IMG/VR virus record: IMGVR_UViG_3300034107_000273
Coordinates: 32,001-96,000 of that record
Length of the DNA: 64,000 nucleotides
Direction: 5' to 3' (one strand)
Origin: a virus
Under the pieces are notes generated by a model. It was not told the DNA's origin and searched no databases. It worked only from the letters and a program-made list of their open reading frames with translations. Positions within the stretch are counted from its first letter, which is position 1; every line of letters begins with the position of its first letter. This document shows positions 1 through 10,567 of this stretch, piece after piece. Both the position numbers and the translations under genes were made by a program.

Positions 1-1
1 T

Positions 2-2266
2 GTTTATTGGAGCGGAAATTACAATGGTAGTGAGATTAATAAACCAGTATCTGGACAAGGACAATATGTAGAATTTGACTTAAGTGAATCAACTGGAAAT
101 GCATCAATTACTGCAACAGTTGAGCAGACTGGTCTTGGACAAGCAACAATATCTTGGGAGCAACAAGGATCACAAAGCTACAAAATAATTTATAGGGTTG
201 ACTCCAATGTTAGCCCTGGATATACTGATATTCCTGTAACTGGAAATGATTCAAGTACGTTTCCATCAAAAATTGTAAATGCAACAGATTCAGATGTGTC
301 TGTTAGAGCACTTTATTTATATTCTCTTCCAAATCAAGCTGGAAGAGAGTTTGGAAGTACAATAACTTTTCCACCAACAGTAACTCTTGGAGCTGGCACA
401 CAACTAGAAACAACAGCATCAGGAACCATTAATCTTATTACTGCACCAACTGCACCAACAGGACTATCTAAAATTGCAGAAAATAATGGAAGTATAACAT
501 TTTCTTGGTCTCCACCTATAAATGATGGTGGAACACCTATAACAAGATATGATGTTATGGTTATTCAAAATGGAGTTGGATCATATATTTCAAATGGATT
601 ATCAACAACATATACTGCAACTTTTAGTACTGGTAATACTGGTGTGTTTTATGTAAGAGCTGTAAATGCTTGGTCAGTAGGCCCAGCTGCTTTCACTGAA
701 AACTTATATATACCAGCAATTTTAACGGGACCAGTAGGCACATCAACTACAGCAACAACAACAAGAGCAAGCTGGACATCATACTATCAAAGTGGTTATA
801 GCCTATCTCTTCTTGGAAATTCTACATACACAGGAACAAGTGCAACACATAGAGATATATCTGGGCTATCTCCTTCAACACAATATCCTGTTGCACTTTC
901 TATTAATTCTGTAACTGGAAATACTGCAACTCAAAGTCTTTCTTATACAATAACTGGTGCTTCTACAACAGGATCTGTTGTTACATATATTACCAATAAT
1001 CAATTACGTGCAGGACAAAGAGTAGTTATAACTGGAGTTAGTCCAAGCTCATATAATATGAATGCAACTGTTGCATCGGCTACAAAAACATCTTTTACTA
1101 TTAATACGTTTGTGACTCCAGGTACTACATATTCATCTGGTGGAACAGCTTCTGCTATTATTAATACTCTTGCAGAAGTTCCAACAATTACTACCTCAAA
1201 TATTACAGCAGGTGGATTCACAGCAAATTGGTCAGCATCTGGTGCATACAAATATTATGTTGATATTTATAGATCAAGTACTGGAACTTCAATTGCTGGT
1301 TATCCAACTTATACTACTTTGACAACCTCTGGAGCACTTACAGGACTTGTTCAAGGTGCTTTATATAGTATTTCTGTAAGATCAATAAATAATATTGATC
1401 AACAATCTACTACTGCTATACAATCTGTTACAACAGGATCAGCACCTTCTGGAGGATCTGTTTCAATTTCTACAAATACTGGAAACTATAATGTTGGAAG
1501 TATAATAACTTATTCAACTACTGGTTGGTCTAACTCACCTACAAGTTATGACTTAAGGCTATACAATGGAACAAGTCCAGTATTAACATCAGATCCATTA
1601 AGAGCAAGTACTACTTCTTCAAGTGGCACATATACAATTACTTCAGCAGATCAAAGTAAGTACTTTAAAGCATTTGCTACAGCAACAAATATCTATGGAA
1701 CTTCAACAGAGGCTAGCTCATCTCAAGTAGGTCCAGTTCCAGCACCTATATTATATACGGTTACTTTTACTACAAACGGAGCAACATTTGGAGCTCCTTC
1801 AGTTAGTTCAGTAACACAAGATTCATCAGGAGCATCAGTAACTTTAGCTACTGTAGGAACAATGGGTAAGCCACCGTTTGTATTTGGTGGATGGACAATA
1901 GATGGAGTAAGTTATCCTTCTGGAGGAACTTATACTCCTACAGCAAATGTAAATGCATCTGCTATTTGGAATGCATCAGGATCTGCTCCATCTACACCAA
2001 GTGGATTAACAAACTCATATTCATCAGGACCAACTTGGACTGGATCCTGGGCAGCCTCAAGCGGTACTGCTCCTATAACATATTATTGGACACTTTATCA
2101 ATCTGCAACAGTTGGTGGAACAATAAATGCTACAGCATCAGGAAGTACAACTTCAACGTCATTTACAAAAACAATGTTATCTGCAGATGGCCTATGGGCT
2201 CAATTTACAGTATACGCTTCAAATTCAAGTGGAACTTCAGGAACAGCAACGTCAGGATGGGCATGA
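2..2266 (+). CDS. Tail/fibre-type protein with FN3/Ig-like repeats (5' truncated)
   Basis: Frame is open from position 2; S/T/G-rich beta repeats, FN3 motifs (WSPPINDGGTPITRY, YVRAVNAWSVG). Confidence 0.75.
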   Translation, partial: VYWSGNYNGSEINKPVSGQGQYVEFDLSESTGNASITATVEQTGLGQATISWEQQGSQSYKIIYRVDSNVSPGYTDIPVTGNDSSTFPSKIVNATDSDVSVRALYLYSLPNQAGREFGSTITFPPTVTLGAGTQLETTASGTINLITAPTAPTGLSKIAENNGSITFSWSPPINDGGTPITRYDVMVIQNGVGSYISNGLSTTYTATFSTGNTGVFYVRAVNAWSVGPAAFTENLYIPAILTGPVGTSTTATTTRASWTSYYQSGYSLSLLGNSTYTGTSATHRDISGLSPSTQYPVALSINSVTGNTATQSLSYTITGASTTGSVVTYITNNQLRAGQRVVITGVSPSSYNMNATVASATKTSFTINTFVTPGTTYSSGGTASAIINTLAEVPTITTSNITAGGFTANWSASGAYKYYVDIYRSSTGTSIAGYPTYTTLTTSGALTGLVQGALYSISVRSINNIDQQSTTAIQSVTTGSAPSGGSVSISTNTGNYNVGSIITYSTTGWSNSPTSYDLRLYNGTSPVLTSDPLRASTTSSSGTYTITSADQSKYFKAFATATNIYGTSTEASSSQVGPVPAPILYTVTFTTNGATFGAPSVSSVTQDSSGASVTLATVGTMGKPPFVFGGWTIDGVSYPSGGTYTPTANVNASAIWNASGSAPSTPSGLTNSYSSGPTWTGSWAASSGTAPITYYWTLYQSATVGGTINATASGSTTSTSFTKTMLSADGLWAQFTVYASNSSGTSGTATSGWA

Positions 2267-2267
2267 T

Positions 2268-2465
2268 ATGACTAATGAAGAAAAGATAATCTTGTTAAAC
2301 AATAGGATTGATAATTTTAATATACATATAGGTATATTAGAAAAAGATATCTTGGACAATCCAAATGATGATCATCCAGACAAACCTTTAAGGCAAGATG
2401 TACTAAATAATTTTTATGCTATGAGGCAGGCTATTGTTCAAGAAATAGAAGAACTAACTGCCTAA
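2268..2465 (+). CDS. Hypothetical protein
   Basis: ATG 1 nt after upstream stop; the MTNEEKI start resembles the next gene (LTNEEKI). Confidence 0.6.
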   Translation: MTNEEKIILLNNRIDNFNIHIGILEKDILDNPNDDHPDKPLRQDVLNNFYAMRQAIVQEIEELTA

Positions 2466-2501
2466 TCTATGGTATGATATAATAAGACAAGGAGGAAAAA
2501 A

Positions 2502-2717
2502 ATGGCATACGTACTAACAAATGAAGAAAAGATCGGAATTGTTGAACAACACTTAAGAAACCTAGAATATTCTAAGTTTAATGTTTCAATATCATTAATT
2601 GAAGAATCATCTATTACTCCAGTAAAGCAGGACTTAATTGATGATCTTGAAAAGCAAATATCAGATATTAATGCAAAAATTGAATCACTAGTGGCTGAAT
2701 TAGCAACACTTAACTAG
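2502..2717 (+). CDS. Hypothetical coiled-coil protein
   Basis: AGGAGG SD and upstream TATGAT -10. Confidence 0.7.
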   Translation: MAYVLTNEEKIGIVEQHLRNLEYSKFNVSISLIEESSITPVKQDLIDDLEKQISDINAKIESLVAELATLN

Positions 2718-2744
2718 CAATAACTAATTAATCAGGGGGTAATT

Positions 2745-2936
2745 ATGGATAAGGCTGAATTAATTATTACAGCTTTGCAACAACGTATTGGAGAACTAGT
2801 CTCTAATTATGAAACACAGGTAGCTATTCTTAGAGCAGAAATTACAACTTATGCTCAAGAAAAAGAAGCAGCAGAAAAAGAAGAAGCAGAAAAACAAAAT
2901 GCTTTATCTGAGTACTCATCTACTCTTGAAAAATAA
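2745..2936 (+). CDS. Hypothetical coiled-coil protein
   Basis: ORF with GGGGG SD. Confidence 0.65.
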   Translation: MDKAELIITALQQRIGELVSNYETQVAILRAEITTYAQEKEAAEKEEAEKQNALSEYSSTLEK

Positions 2937-2948
2937 ATAAAGGAAATA

Positions 2949-3140
2949 ATGTTAAATTGTAATAGATGCTCTGGACGTGTATTTGTAGATAGACAATATA
3001 GTAACTCTGATCATATAGAAACTTCTTGCATTACGTGTGGTAATAGAAAATTCTATCATCCACCTTCAGCAACTAAAGAGGGAGCATGGATACTTCAAAA
3101 GGAAAAATCCAGAGCCAAGCATACAATAACGAACCTGTAA
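2949..3140 (+). CDS. Zn-ribbon protein
   Basis: CNRC...CITC pairs. Confidence 0.65.
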   Translation: MLNCNRCSGRVFVDRQYSNSDHIETSCITCGNRKFYHPPSATKEGAWILQKEKSRAKHTITNL

Positions 3141-3628
3141 TAAAAGGTAAAGTTAAAGTATGGTTTGTAAATGGTGATCTTGTAAAGGTCTACCACAGCT
3201 CTCGTTCTACTGGAATGGTTACGTTTTATAATATAACTAAAGATCGTTTAGAGACATGCTTGCTTGCTGATTTTAAAAAAAGTCGTGAGCGTGCATATAG
3301 TGTAGCAGAAACTGCAAAACTTGTCAATAGACATAGAAAGTATATTCCAAGTTTAATTAAACGAGGAGTTATTCCTCCACCAATTGGTGCATCACTTAAT
3401 GGTGAAAGATCTTTTAAGGTAAGAGCTTATTATTCAGAATCTCATGTCAGAGAGATTCGTGCTATACTTGCAAGTATACATATTGGACAACCAAGAAAAG
3501 ACAAATTAATAACAAACAACATGACTCCTACAAGCCAAGAGTTGACACGGCGTATGGGAGACGGTATACTTACATATACGAGAACAGAAGATGGACGATT
3601 TATTCCAGTGTGGAGTGAGTCTATATAA
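3086..3628 (+). CDS. Putative HTH DNA-binding protein
   Basis: YSVAETAKLVNRHRKYIPSLIKRG resembles a MerR/excisionase-like HTH. Confidence 0.55.
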   Translation: MDTSKGKIQSQAYNNEPVIKGKVKVWFVNGDLVKVYHSSRSTGMVTFYNITKDRLETCLLADFKKSRERAYSVAETAKLVNRHRKYIPSLIKRGVIPPPIGASLNGERSFKVRAYYSESHVREIRAILASIHIGQPRKDKLITNNMTPTSQELTRRMGDGILTYTRTEDGRFIPVWSESI

Positions 3629-3647
3629 TTTAGAAATGGGTGGGGTA

Positions 3648-3854
3648 ATGGAAAACGATTCAACAAAGGTAAATGTAACACTAGGATATACACTTAATCT
3701 AGGAAATTTTCAATCACTAAGGCTTGATCTTGGAGTTGTAGATAGCAAGCGTGATGGAGAAACTACAAGCGAAGCTTTTGAGCGTGTTTATAAGTTTGTA
3801 GAAGATAAGTTAACTGATAAGATTAACGAAGCAAAGTCTGAAATCAACGAGTAA
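3648..3854 (+). CDS. Hypothetical protein
   Basis: TLNLGNFQSLRLD motif; coupled to the next gene. Confidence 0.6.
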   Translation: MENDSTKVNVTLGYTLNLGNFQSLRLDLGVVDSKRDGETTSEAFERVYKFVEDKLTDKINEAKSEINE

Positions 3855-4162
3855 TGGCTGAACGCAAAGACCGTATGGCTTTGCTTAGTAGATACTCAAA
3901 ATTGCACACAGCAAGGTATGAGCAAAAGCCATCTCTAAATTTAAATGTTGAACAATGGGCAGCAGACGGCCTAGTTGAATCATACGGAATGTCTCAGTGC
4001 TATGACTTATTAGACTATTATTTTTCTGTTGCACAAGATCCAACTTGGAATTACTTTGCTTATAATGCAGAAAAAATTCTTAATGGTAAACTAGATGTAG
4101 AACAAGATATAAAAGATAGAAAAGAACGCAGGGCTAAAGCAAAGGAGTGGCTAAGTGAATAA
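3854..4162 (+). CDS. Hypothetical protein upstream of the helicase
   Basis: Coupled ORF. Confidence 0.65.
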   Translation: MAERKDRMALLSRYSKLHTARYEQKPSLNLNVEQWAADGLVESYGMSQCYDLLDYYFSVAQDPTWNYFAYNAEKILNGKLDVEQDIKDRKERRAKAKEWLSE

Positions 4163-5378
4163 TACAGAGGCTAAAGTAATTTCAGCGGTATTACAGGATA
4201 AGCAACTTCATGTCTTATTACAGGCAAACGTAGAAACATTCCTTAGAACACACAATGACGTATGGAATTTTATTCGTCTGTATGCTGAGAATAATGGAAC
4301 TGTTCCTCCAGCATCATTGGTAGTAGAAAAGTTTAGAGACTTTGAAATTATTAAAGAGGTTGGAGCAACCAAGCACCACCTAGAAGAATTACAAACAGAA
4401 TATTTAAATGATACATTAAAAGATATTTTAAGATCAGCAGCAACTGAGGTGCAGGGTGGTCAGGGATCAATAGCACTTGAAGATCTTATCACCAAAACAT
4501 CTACCCTAAAAAAGAATACATCTTCTATCCGTGATATTGATGCTACAGATATTGATTCTGCTATTGCATACTTTGAAAATGTAAAAGAGCAAATGGCTTT
4601 AGGTCATCGTGGTATTAAAACAGGATTGCCAGGATTTGATAACTACCTACCTTCTGGAATTATGCCAGGGCAACTAGGAGTCTTTTTAGCTTATCCAGGT
4701 ATAGGAAAGTCATGGATGGCTCTATACTTCGCTGTACAGGCCTGGAAACAGGGTAAGACACCCCTTATTATCTCCCTTGAGATGAGTGAGACAGAGGTTC
4801 GTAACCGTGTCTTTACAATTATGGGTGAGGGTCTATGGTCACATAGAAAGCTTTCTAATGGTGAAGTAGAACTTGACATGATGAAGAAGTGGCATACAGA
4901 TAAAATTGATGGTCGTCCACCATTTCATATTATCTCAAATGATTCTGGTGGAGAAGTAACACCTTCTGTAATCCGTGGAAAGTTAGATCAGTATAAGCCT
5001 GACTTTGTTGTGGTTGATTATCTACAACTTATGTCTCCAAATCAAAAGGCTGATAACGAAACGGTAAAGATGAAAAACCTTTCACGTGAACTTAAACTAA
5101 TGGCTATTAGTGAAGAAGTACCTATTATTGCTATCTCATCTGCTACACCTGATGATGTTAAAGATATGTCTACTGTTCCTACACTTGCACAAACTGCTTG
5201 GTCAAGACAGATTGCCTATGATGCTGACTGGGTTTTAGCATTAGGTCGTGGACTTAATAGCGATATTATTGAGTGTGCATTTAGAAAGAACCGTAATGGT
5301 TTTATGGGAGACTTCTTAGTTCAGTGTGACTTTGACAAGGGTTACTATCGTTATAAGGATTTTGAAGATGGCAAGTAA
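4155..5378 (+). CDS. dnaB: DnaB-like replicative helicase
   Basis: Walker A AYPGIGKS, SLEMS, VVVDYLQLM. Confidence 0.92.
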   Translation: MNNTEAKVISAVLQDKQLHVLLQANVETFLRTHNDVWNFIRLYAENNGTVPPASLVVEKFRDFEIIKEVGATKHHLEELQTEYLNDTLKDILRSAATEVQGGQGSIALEDLITKTSTLKKNTSSIRDIDATDIDSAIAYFENVKEQMALGHRGIKTGLPGFDNYLPSGIMPGQLGVFLAYPGIGKSWMALYFAVQAWKQGKTPLIISLEMSETEVRNRVFTIMGEGLWSHRKLSNGEVELDMMKKWHTDKIDGRPPFHIISNDSGGEVTPSVIRGKLDQYKPDFVVVDYLQLMSPNQKADNETVKMKNLSRELKLMAISEEVPIIAISSATPDDVKDMSTVPTLAQTAWSRQIAYDADWVLALGRGLNSDIIECAFRKNRNGFMGDFLVQCDFDKGYYRYKDFEDGK

Positions 5379-6294
5379 AGAGATATATACAGAAGAACAG
5401 ATTCGTCGTGTACTTAATGGTGCAGGACTAGATATTGAAGCGGAGTTTGGTAATGACTTCATTATCTATTGCCCATACCACAACAACACTAGAACACCTG
5501 CTGGAGAAGTAGCAAAAGACAGTGGTTTGTTTTTTTGTTTTGGATGTCAAGTTACTAAGAATCTTGTTGAGTTAATCATGTTTACTTCAAACAGATCATA
5601 CTTTGAAACTGTCAGATATATTAAAGGCAAAGAGCAGCAATCTGATATCCAAACAATAGTTGGAAAAGCTTTATATGCACCACCTGATTTTGTTCAGTAT
5701 GATGAACTGCTTATTAAAAGATTAAATAAGCAAGCACTTGATACGCCAATAGCAATGAATTATTTTAATAGTCGTAGAATTAATAAGGAATCTGTAATTA
5801 AGTTTGATCTTGGTTATTCAGAAAAGCAAGGTTCTGTAACTATACCAATTCACTCACCTGATTCTATGTGTATTGGGTTTGTTGCTAGAACAATTGAAGG
5901 AAAAGAGTTTAAAAATACACCAGGACTTCCAAAGAGTAAGGTTCTTTTTAACTTGCACAGAGTAAAGAGTTCTAGTATAGTATATGTAGTGGAATCATCA
6001 TTTGATGCTATCCGCTTAGACCAAGTAGGTTTTCCAGCAGTTGCAACGCTGGGTGCTAATGTGTCTGTATCTCAGATCAGACTATTAGAAAAGTACTTCA
6101 ATAATGTTGTACTTATTGCAGATAACGATGAGGCTGGTAGCATTATGAAAGATAAACTAATTGAAAAATTAGGAAGTCTTGTAACAGTTATTAGCCTAGA
6201 TAAAAAATATAAAGACATAGGAGACATGGATGATGATGAGATTAGAAAATTGGAGTTCCAGTTTGACAATTCAATCATATCTATGCTAAAATAG
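5368..6294 (+). CDS. dnaG: DNA primase
   Basis: CPYH...CFGC Zn finger; TOPRIM VVESSFDAI and ADNDEAG. Confidence 0.9.
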   Translation: MASKEIYTEEQIRRVLNGAGLDIEAEFGNDFIIYCPYHNNTRTPAGEVAKDSGLFFCFGCQVTKNLVELIMFTSNRSYFETVRYIKGKEQQSDIQTIVGKALYAPPDFVQYDELLIKRLNKQALDTPIAMNYFNSRRINKESVIKFDLGYSEKQGSVTIPIHSPDSMCIGFVARTIEGKEFKNTPGLPKSKVLFNLHRVKSSSIVYVVESSFDAIRLDQVGFPAVATLGANVSVSQIRLLEKYFNNVVLIADNDEAGSIMKDKLIEKLGSLVTVISLDKKYKDIGDMDDDEIRKLEFQFDNSIISMLK

Positions 6295-6321
6295 AAAAAA
6301 CAAACAAGGAGAAAAACAAAA

Positions 6322-6978
6322 ATGGCAATTGTAAAAGGATTAAAAAACATTAACGCATTAGTAGATAAGCCAAAGTTTGAAGGCACAGGTACAAAGGTTC
6401 GTTGGTTTAAGATCGCTGACGGTCAAGCAGTAAAGATTCGTTTTATTGAAGAGCTTGATGAAGATTCAGCAAATTATAATGAGGCTCGTGGTCTTGCACT
6501 AGTTGTATCAGAGCACACAAATCCAAAGGACTATAAGCGTAAGGCTGTAGATACTATGGAGTCAGAAGGTCGTGACTGGGCAGAAGAAATGCACCGCAAG
6601 GATATGAAGGCTGGCTGGCGTGCACGTCTTCGTTTCTATTGCAACGTTCTTGTAGATGATGGCATTGATGCACCATATGTTGCAATTTGGAACATGGGTG
6701 TTAGCAAGCAATCTGCATTTAATACTATTCGTGAGTATGCACTTGAAACAGGTAGCATCTCAAATCTTACTTGGAAGGTAAAGCGTAACGGTCAAGGTAC
6801 TGAGACAAGTTATACACTTATTCCAAGTTCTCCAGATGCTGCTCCATTTGATTGGACAGGAATTGAACCATTCCCATTGGAGAAGGCACTAAACAAGGTT
6901 CCATACGCAGAACAAGAAGCCTTTTATCTAGGCTTTGATACTCCTTCATCTTCATCATCAGCAAACATTGACTGGTAA
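6322..6978 (+). CDS. Single-stranded DNA-binding protein (gp32-like)
   Basis: Position between primase and polymerase; KRNGQGTETSYTL motif; acidic/aromatic C-terminus IDW. Confidence 0.7.
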   Translation: MAIVKGLKNINALVDKPKFEGTGTKVRWFKIADGQAVKIRFIEELDEDSANYNEARGLALVVSEHTNPKDYKRKAVDTMESEGRDWAEEMHRKDMKAGWRARLRFYCNVLVDDGIDAPYVAIWNMGVSKQSAFNTIREYALETGSISNLTWKVKRNGQGTETSYTLIPSSPDAAPFDWTGIEPFPLEKALNKVPYAEQEAFYLGFDTPSSSSSANIDW

Positions 6979-6981
6979 TAG

Positions 6982-9900
6982 ATGAACTACGTTGGCTTAC
7001 ATGTCCATACACACTACTCCTTAATGGATGGTGTTGCTACTCCAGAAGAATACGTGAACCGTGCAGTTGCGTTAGGAATGCCAGCATTGGCTATTACTGA
7101 CCACGGTACTTTATCTGGGCATAGGGAACTGCACCGTATTGCAAAAGCAAATGGAATTAAGCCAATACTTGGTGTAGAAGGCTATATGACGACTAGTATG
7201 GCGGATAAGAGAGCAAAGGCAGATCGCCAAGATCCTCTTGACCTCAACTATCATCATATAGTCCTTCTCGCTAAGAACCAAGTTGGTCTTGAAAATCTTA
7301 ATAAGATTAATGAGATTGCATGGACAGATGGTTTCTTTAGTAAGCCAAGATTTGATTTTGAAACACTAGCAAAGTATAAAGAAGGACTAATCGTAACTTC
7401 TGGATGTTTAAGTGGATGGATTGCAAAAGCTGTTGAATTAGGTGAACTTGCAACAGCAAAGCGACACATGCAATGGTTTAAAAATGAATTTGGTGATGAT
7501 TACTATATTGAGGTAATGCCACATAACTCTGCTGAAATTAATAAAGGAATTATTGAGTTAGCAGATGCAATGAAGATTAAGATTGTTGTAACACCAGACT
7601 GTCATCATGCTGACGTAGATCAAAAAGAAGTTCAAGAACTAATGCTTCTTTTGAATACACACGCAAAGTTAGAAAAAGATGTTACATATGAGAAGTCAAA
7701 AAAGTATAATACTTTTATGGAGAGACTAGATTATCTATATGGTGCAGACCGTATGATGAGTTTTAATAAGTTTGACATTCATTTGCTTTCTTACGAACAG
7801 ATGAAGGATGCTATGCTAAAGCAGGGCATTGATCGTGAAGATATGTTTACTTCTACGATTGAGATTGCTAATAAGGTTGAAGATTATGATATTAAAGAAC
7901 ATTTAGACTTGCTTCCTGTTCAATATAAGAAGCCAATGAATGAACTTAAAAAGCTTGCTCTTGAAGGTTTATCTGAAAGAGGTTTAGAGTCTAATGAAGA
8001 ATATCTTGCAAGACTTGATGAAGAGTTAGAGATTATTGGACAAAAGAATTTTGGTCCATACTTCCTTGTTGTAAGAAATATGCTTAACTGGGCAAAGAGC
8101 GAAGGTATCATGGTTGGTCCTGGTCGTGGATCTGCAGCAGGTTCATTGCTTTGCTATGCACTTGGAATTACTGACATTGATCCAATTAAACATGGACTAC
8201 TGTTCTTCCGTTTTATTAATCCAGAACGTAATGACTTCCCTGATATTGACTCAGATATTCAAGATACTCGTCGTGATGAAGTTAAAGATTATCTAGTTAG
8301 ACAGTATCGCCATGTTGCATCTATTGCTACATTCTTACAGTTCAAGGATAAGGGTGTTGTGCGAGATGTTGCAAGATGCTTAAACATACCGTTGCCTGAT
8401 GTCAACAAGGTTCTAAAGGTTGTTGATACATGGGATGATTACTGTAACTCTAAGAATACTTTGTGGTTTAGAGAAAAGTATCCAGAGGTAGAACTGTACG
8501 GAGATCAACTTCGTGGAAGAATTCGTGGTACTGGAATTCACGCAGCAGGTGTAGTAACAAGTAAAGATCCAATCTTTAGATATGCACCAATGGAAACACG
8601 TTCAGTAACTGGACAGGATGAGCGCATCCCAGTAGTGGCAGTTGATATGGGTGAAGCAGAAAACATTGGTTTGATTAAGATTGATGCTCTTGGACTAAAG
8701 ACACTGAGCGTTCTTAAAGATTGTATTGATATTGTTAAAGAACGTGAAGGCACAAAGATTGATCTATTAAAGATTGATATGGATGATGCAAATGTTTATA
8801 ACATGCTATCTGATGGATACACCAAGGGTGTGTTCCAGTGTGAAGCAGCACCATACACAAACCTTCTAATTAAGATGCGTGTTAAAAACTTATCAGAACT
8901 TGCTGCATCAAATGCACTTGTTCGTCCTGGTGCTATGAACACAATTGGTAAATCTTATATTGCACGAAAGCATGGAAGAGAAAATATTGATTATAAGCAT
9001 CAAGTTATGAAAGCATTTACGGAGGAAACCTATGGCTGTATTCTTTACCAAGAGCAAGTTATGCAAGCATGCGTACAGCTTGGCGGTATGTCCATGTCGG
9101 AAGCAGATAAAGTTAGAAAGATCATTGGAAAGAAAAAGGATGCTAAAGAATTTGATGTTTTCAAAGATCAATTTGTTAAGGGTGCTTCACAATACCTTTC
9201 GCCAAATGATGCGTTAGATTTGTGGCATGACTTTGAGGCTCACGCAGGGTACTCATTCAATAAGTCTCACGCAGTAGCATATTCAACACTTTCATACTGG
9301 ACAGCGTGGTTAAAGTATCATTATCCTCTAGAGTTTATGTTTGCATTACTTAAGAACGAAAAAGACAAAGACGGAAGAACGGAGTATTTAATTGAAGCAA
9401 AACGTATGGGTATTACTGTTAAACTTCCGCATCTTAATGATTCGGAAATTGATTTTAAAATTGAAGGTAAAGGAATTAGATTTGGGCTTACGGGTATTAA
9501 ATATATCTCTGACAAAATTGCAGACAGATATATCGCAGGCCGTCCGTTCACATCATATAAACAAGTAGAAGAATTTACTTTTACTAAGGGTAATGGAGTT
9601 AATAGTCGTGCACTTCAAGCAATGAGATGTGTAGGAGCATTAACATTTCCAGATAATCCAGCAAATCCGCAGGAAGTTAAAGAAAATCTATATGAGTATC
9701 TTAACTTACCTGAGTTCAATACCTCTATTCCTCAACACTACTATGCATATATAAATGATGTAGAAGAATATGAAGAGACTGGATCTTTTGTATTACTTGG
9801 TATGGTTAAATCAATTAAGCGAAGCAAGGGTTGGTCACGAGTAGAGTTGCTTGATAAGACTGGCAGTGTTGGAATCTTTGATGAAGAAAATACTACAATT

Positions 9901-10257
9901 GAAGCTGGTAAAACTTATCTGCTTCTTGCTTCTGATAATAGAATTGTGTCTGCAATTCCAGCAGATGAAATCAAAGAATCAAAAGACTCTTTAATTAAGT
10001 TTTTAAATTATAAGATGCTTCCATATAAAGAAGGAGAACACTTTGTTGTTTCCTTTAAGCCAAGAGTTACAAAGGCTGGAAAGAAGATGGCTTCTCTTGT
10101 TGTTGCAGATGCAGGCAGAGAAATGCATTCAGTTGTTGTATTTCCAATGCAATTTGCAAAGGCATACATGAAGATTGAAGAAGGTAGTATATATAAGTTT
10201 GAGTTTGGAAAGACAAAAGATGGTACTATTATAATGAATGAGGTAGAAAATGTTTGA
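6982..10257 (+). CDS. dnaE: DNA polymerase III alpha subunit
   Basis: PHP domain HVHTHYSLMDG, GPGRGSAAGSL, PDIDSD, YSFNKSH. Confidence 0.97.
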   Translation: MNYVGLHVHTHYSLMDGVATPEEYVNRAVALGMPALAITDHGTLSGHRELHRIAKANGIKPILGVEGYMTTSMADKRAKADRQDPLDLNYHHIVLLAKNQVGLENLNKINEIAWTDGFFSKPRFDFETLAKYKEGLIVTSGCLSGWIAKAVELGELATAKRHMQWFKNEFGDDYYIEVMPHNSAEINKGIIELADAMKIKIVVTPDCHHADVDQKEVQELMLLLNTHAKLEKDVTYEKSKKYNTFMERLDYLYGADRMMSFNKFDIHLLSYEQMKDAMLKQGIDREDMFTSTIEIANKVEDYDIKEHLDLLPVQYKKPMNELKKLALEGLSERGLESNEEYLARLDEELEIIGQKNFGPYFLVVRNMLNWAKSEGIMVGPGRGSAAGSLLCYALGITDIDPIKHGLLFFRFINPERNDFPDIDSDIQDTRRDEVKDYLVRQYRHVASIATFLQFKDKGVVRDVARCLNIPLPDVNKVLKVVDTWDDYCNSKNTLWFREKYPEVELYGDQLRGRIRGTGIHAAGVVTSKDPIFRYAPMETRSVTGQDERIPVVAVDMGEAENIGLIKIDALGLKTLSVLKDCIDIVKEREGTKIDLLKIDMDDANVYNMLSDGYTKGVFQCEAAPYTNLLIKMRVKNLSELAASNALVRPGAMNTIGKSYIARKHGRENIDYKHQVMKAFTEETYGCILYQEQVMQACVQLGGMSMSEADKVRKIIGKKKDAKEFDVFKDQFVKGASQYLSPNDALDLWHDFEAHAGYSFNKSHAVAYSTLSYWTAWLKYHYPLEFMFALLKNEKDKDGRTEYLIEAKRMGITVKLPHLNDSEIDFKIEGKGIRFGLTGIKYISDKIADRYIAGRPFTSYKQVEEFTFTKGNGVNSRALQAMRCVGALTFPDNPANPQEVKENLYEYLNLPEFNTSIPQHYYAYINDVEEYEETGSFVLLGMVKSIKRSKGWSRVELLDKTGSVGIFDEENTTIEAGKTYLLLASDNRIVSAIPADEIKESKDSLIKFLNYKMLPYKEGEHFVVSFKPRVTKAGKKMASLVVADAGREMHSVVVFPMQFAKAYMKIEEGSIYKFEFGKTKDGTIIMNEVENV

Positions 10258-10567
10258 TAATCTAGCAGAACAAATACATACAAATGCAGTAGCAAAAGGA
10301 TTTTGGGATCGCCCAGCAGATGAAATTTTTGTAACAAAACAAATGATGATGATAGTCTCTGAGGTTGTTGAAGCAATGGAAGCATTGAGAAAAGACATGG
10401 ACCCAGATCATATGTCAGATGAGTTTGCAGATATAATCATTCGTACATTAGATCTATATGCAGGAATGGTAAAAGCAGGGTACATGACTAAATCTTTAGA
10501 CTCTGCAATCAAACAAAAGATGGACAAGAACTCTGATAGACCAAAGAAGCATGGGGTAAGATTCTAA
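10250..10567 (+). CDS. MazG-like NTP pyrophosphohydrolase
   Basis: SEVVEAMEA...DEFADIIIR motif. Confidence 0.8.
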   Translation: MFDNLAEQIHTNAVAKGFWDRPADEIFVTKQMMMIVSEVVEAMEALRKDMDPDHMSDEFADIIIRTLDLYAGMVKAGYMTKSLDSAIKQKMDKNSDRPKKHGVRF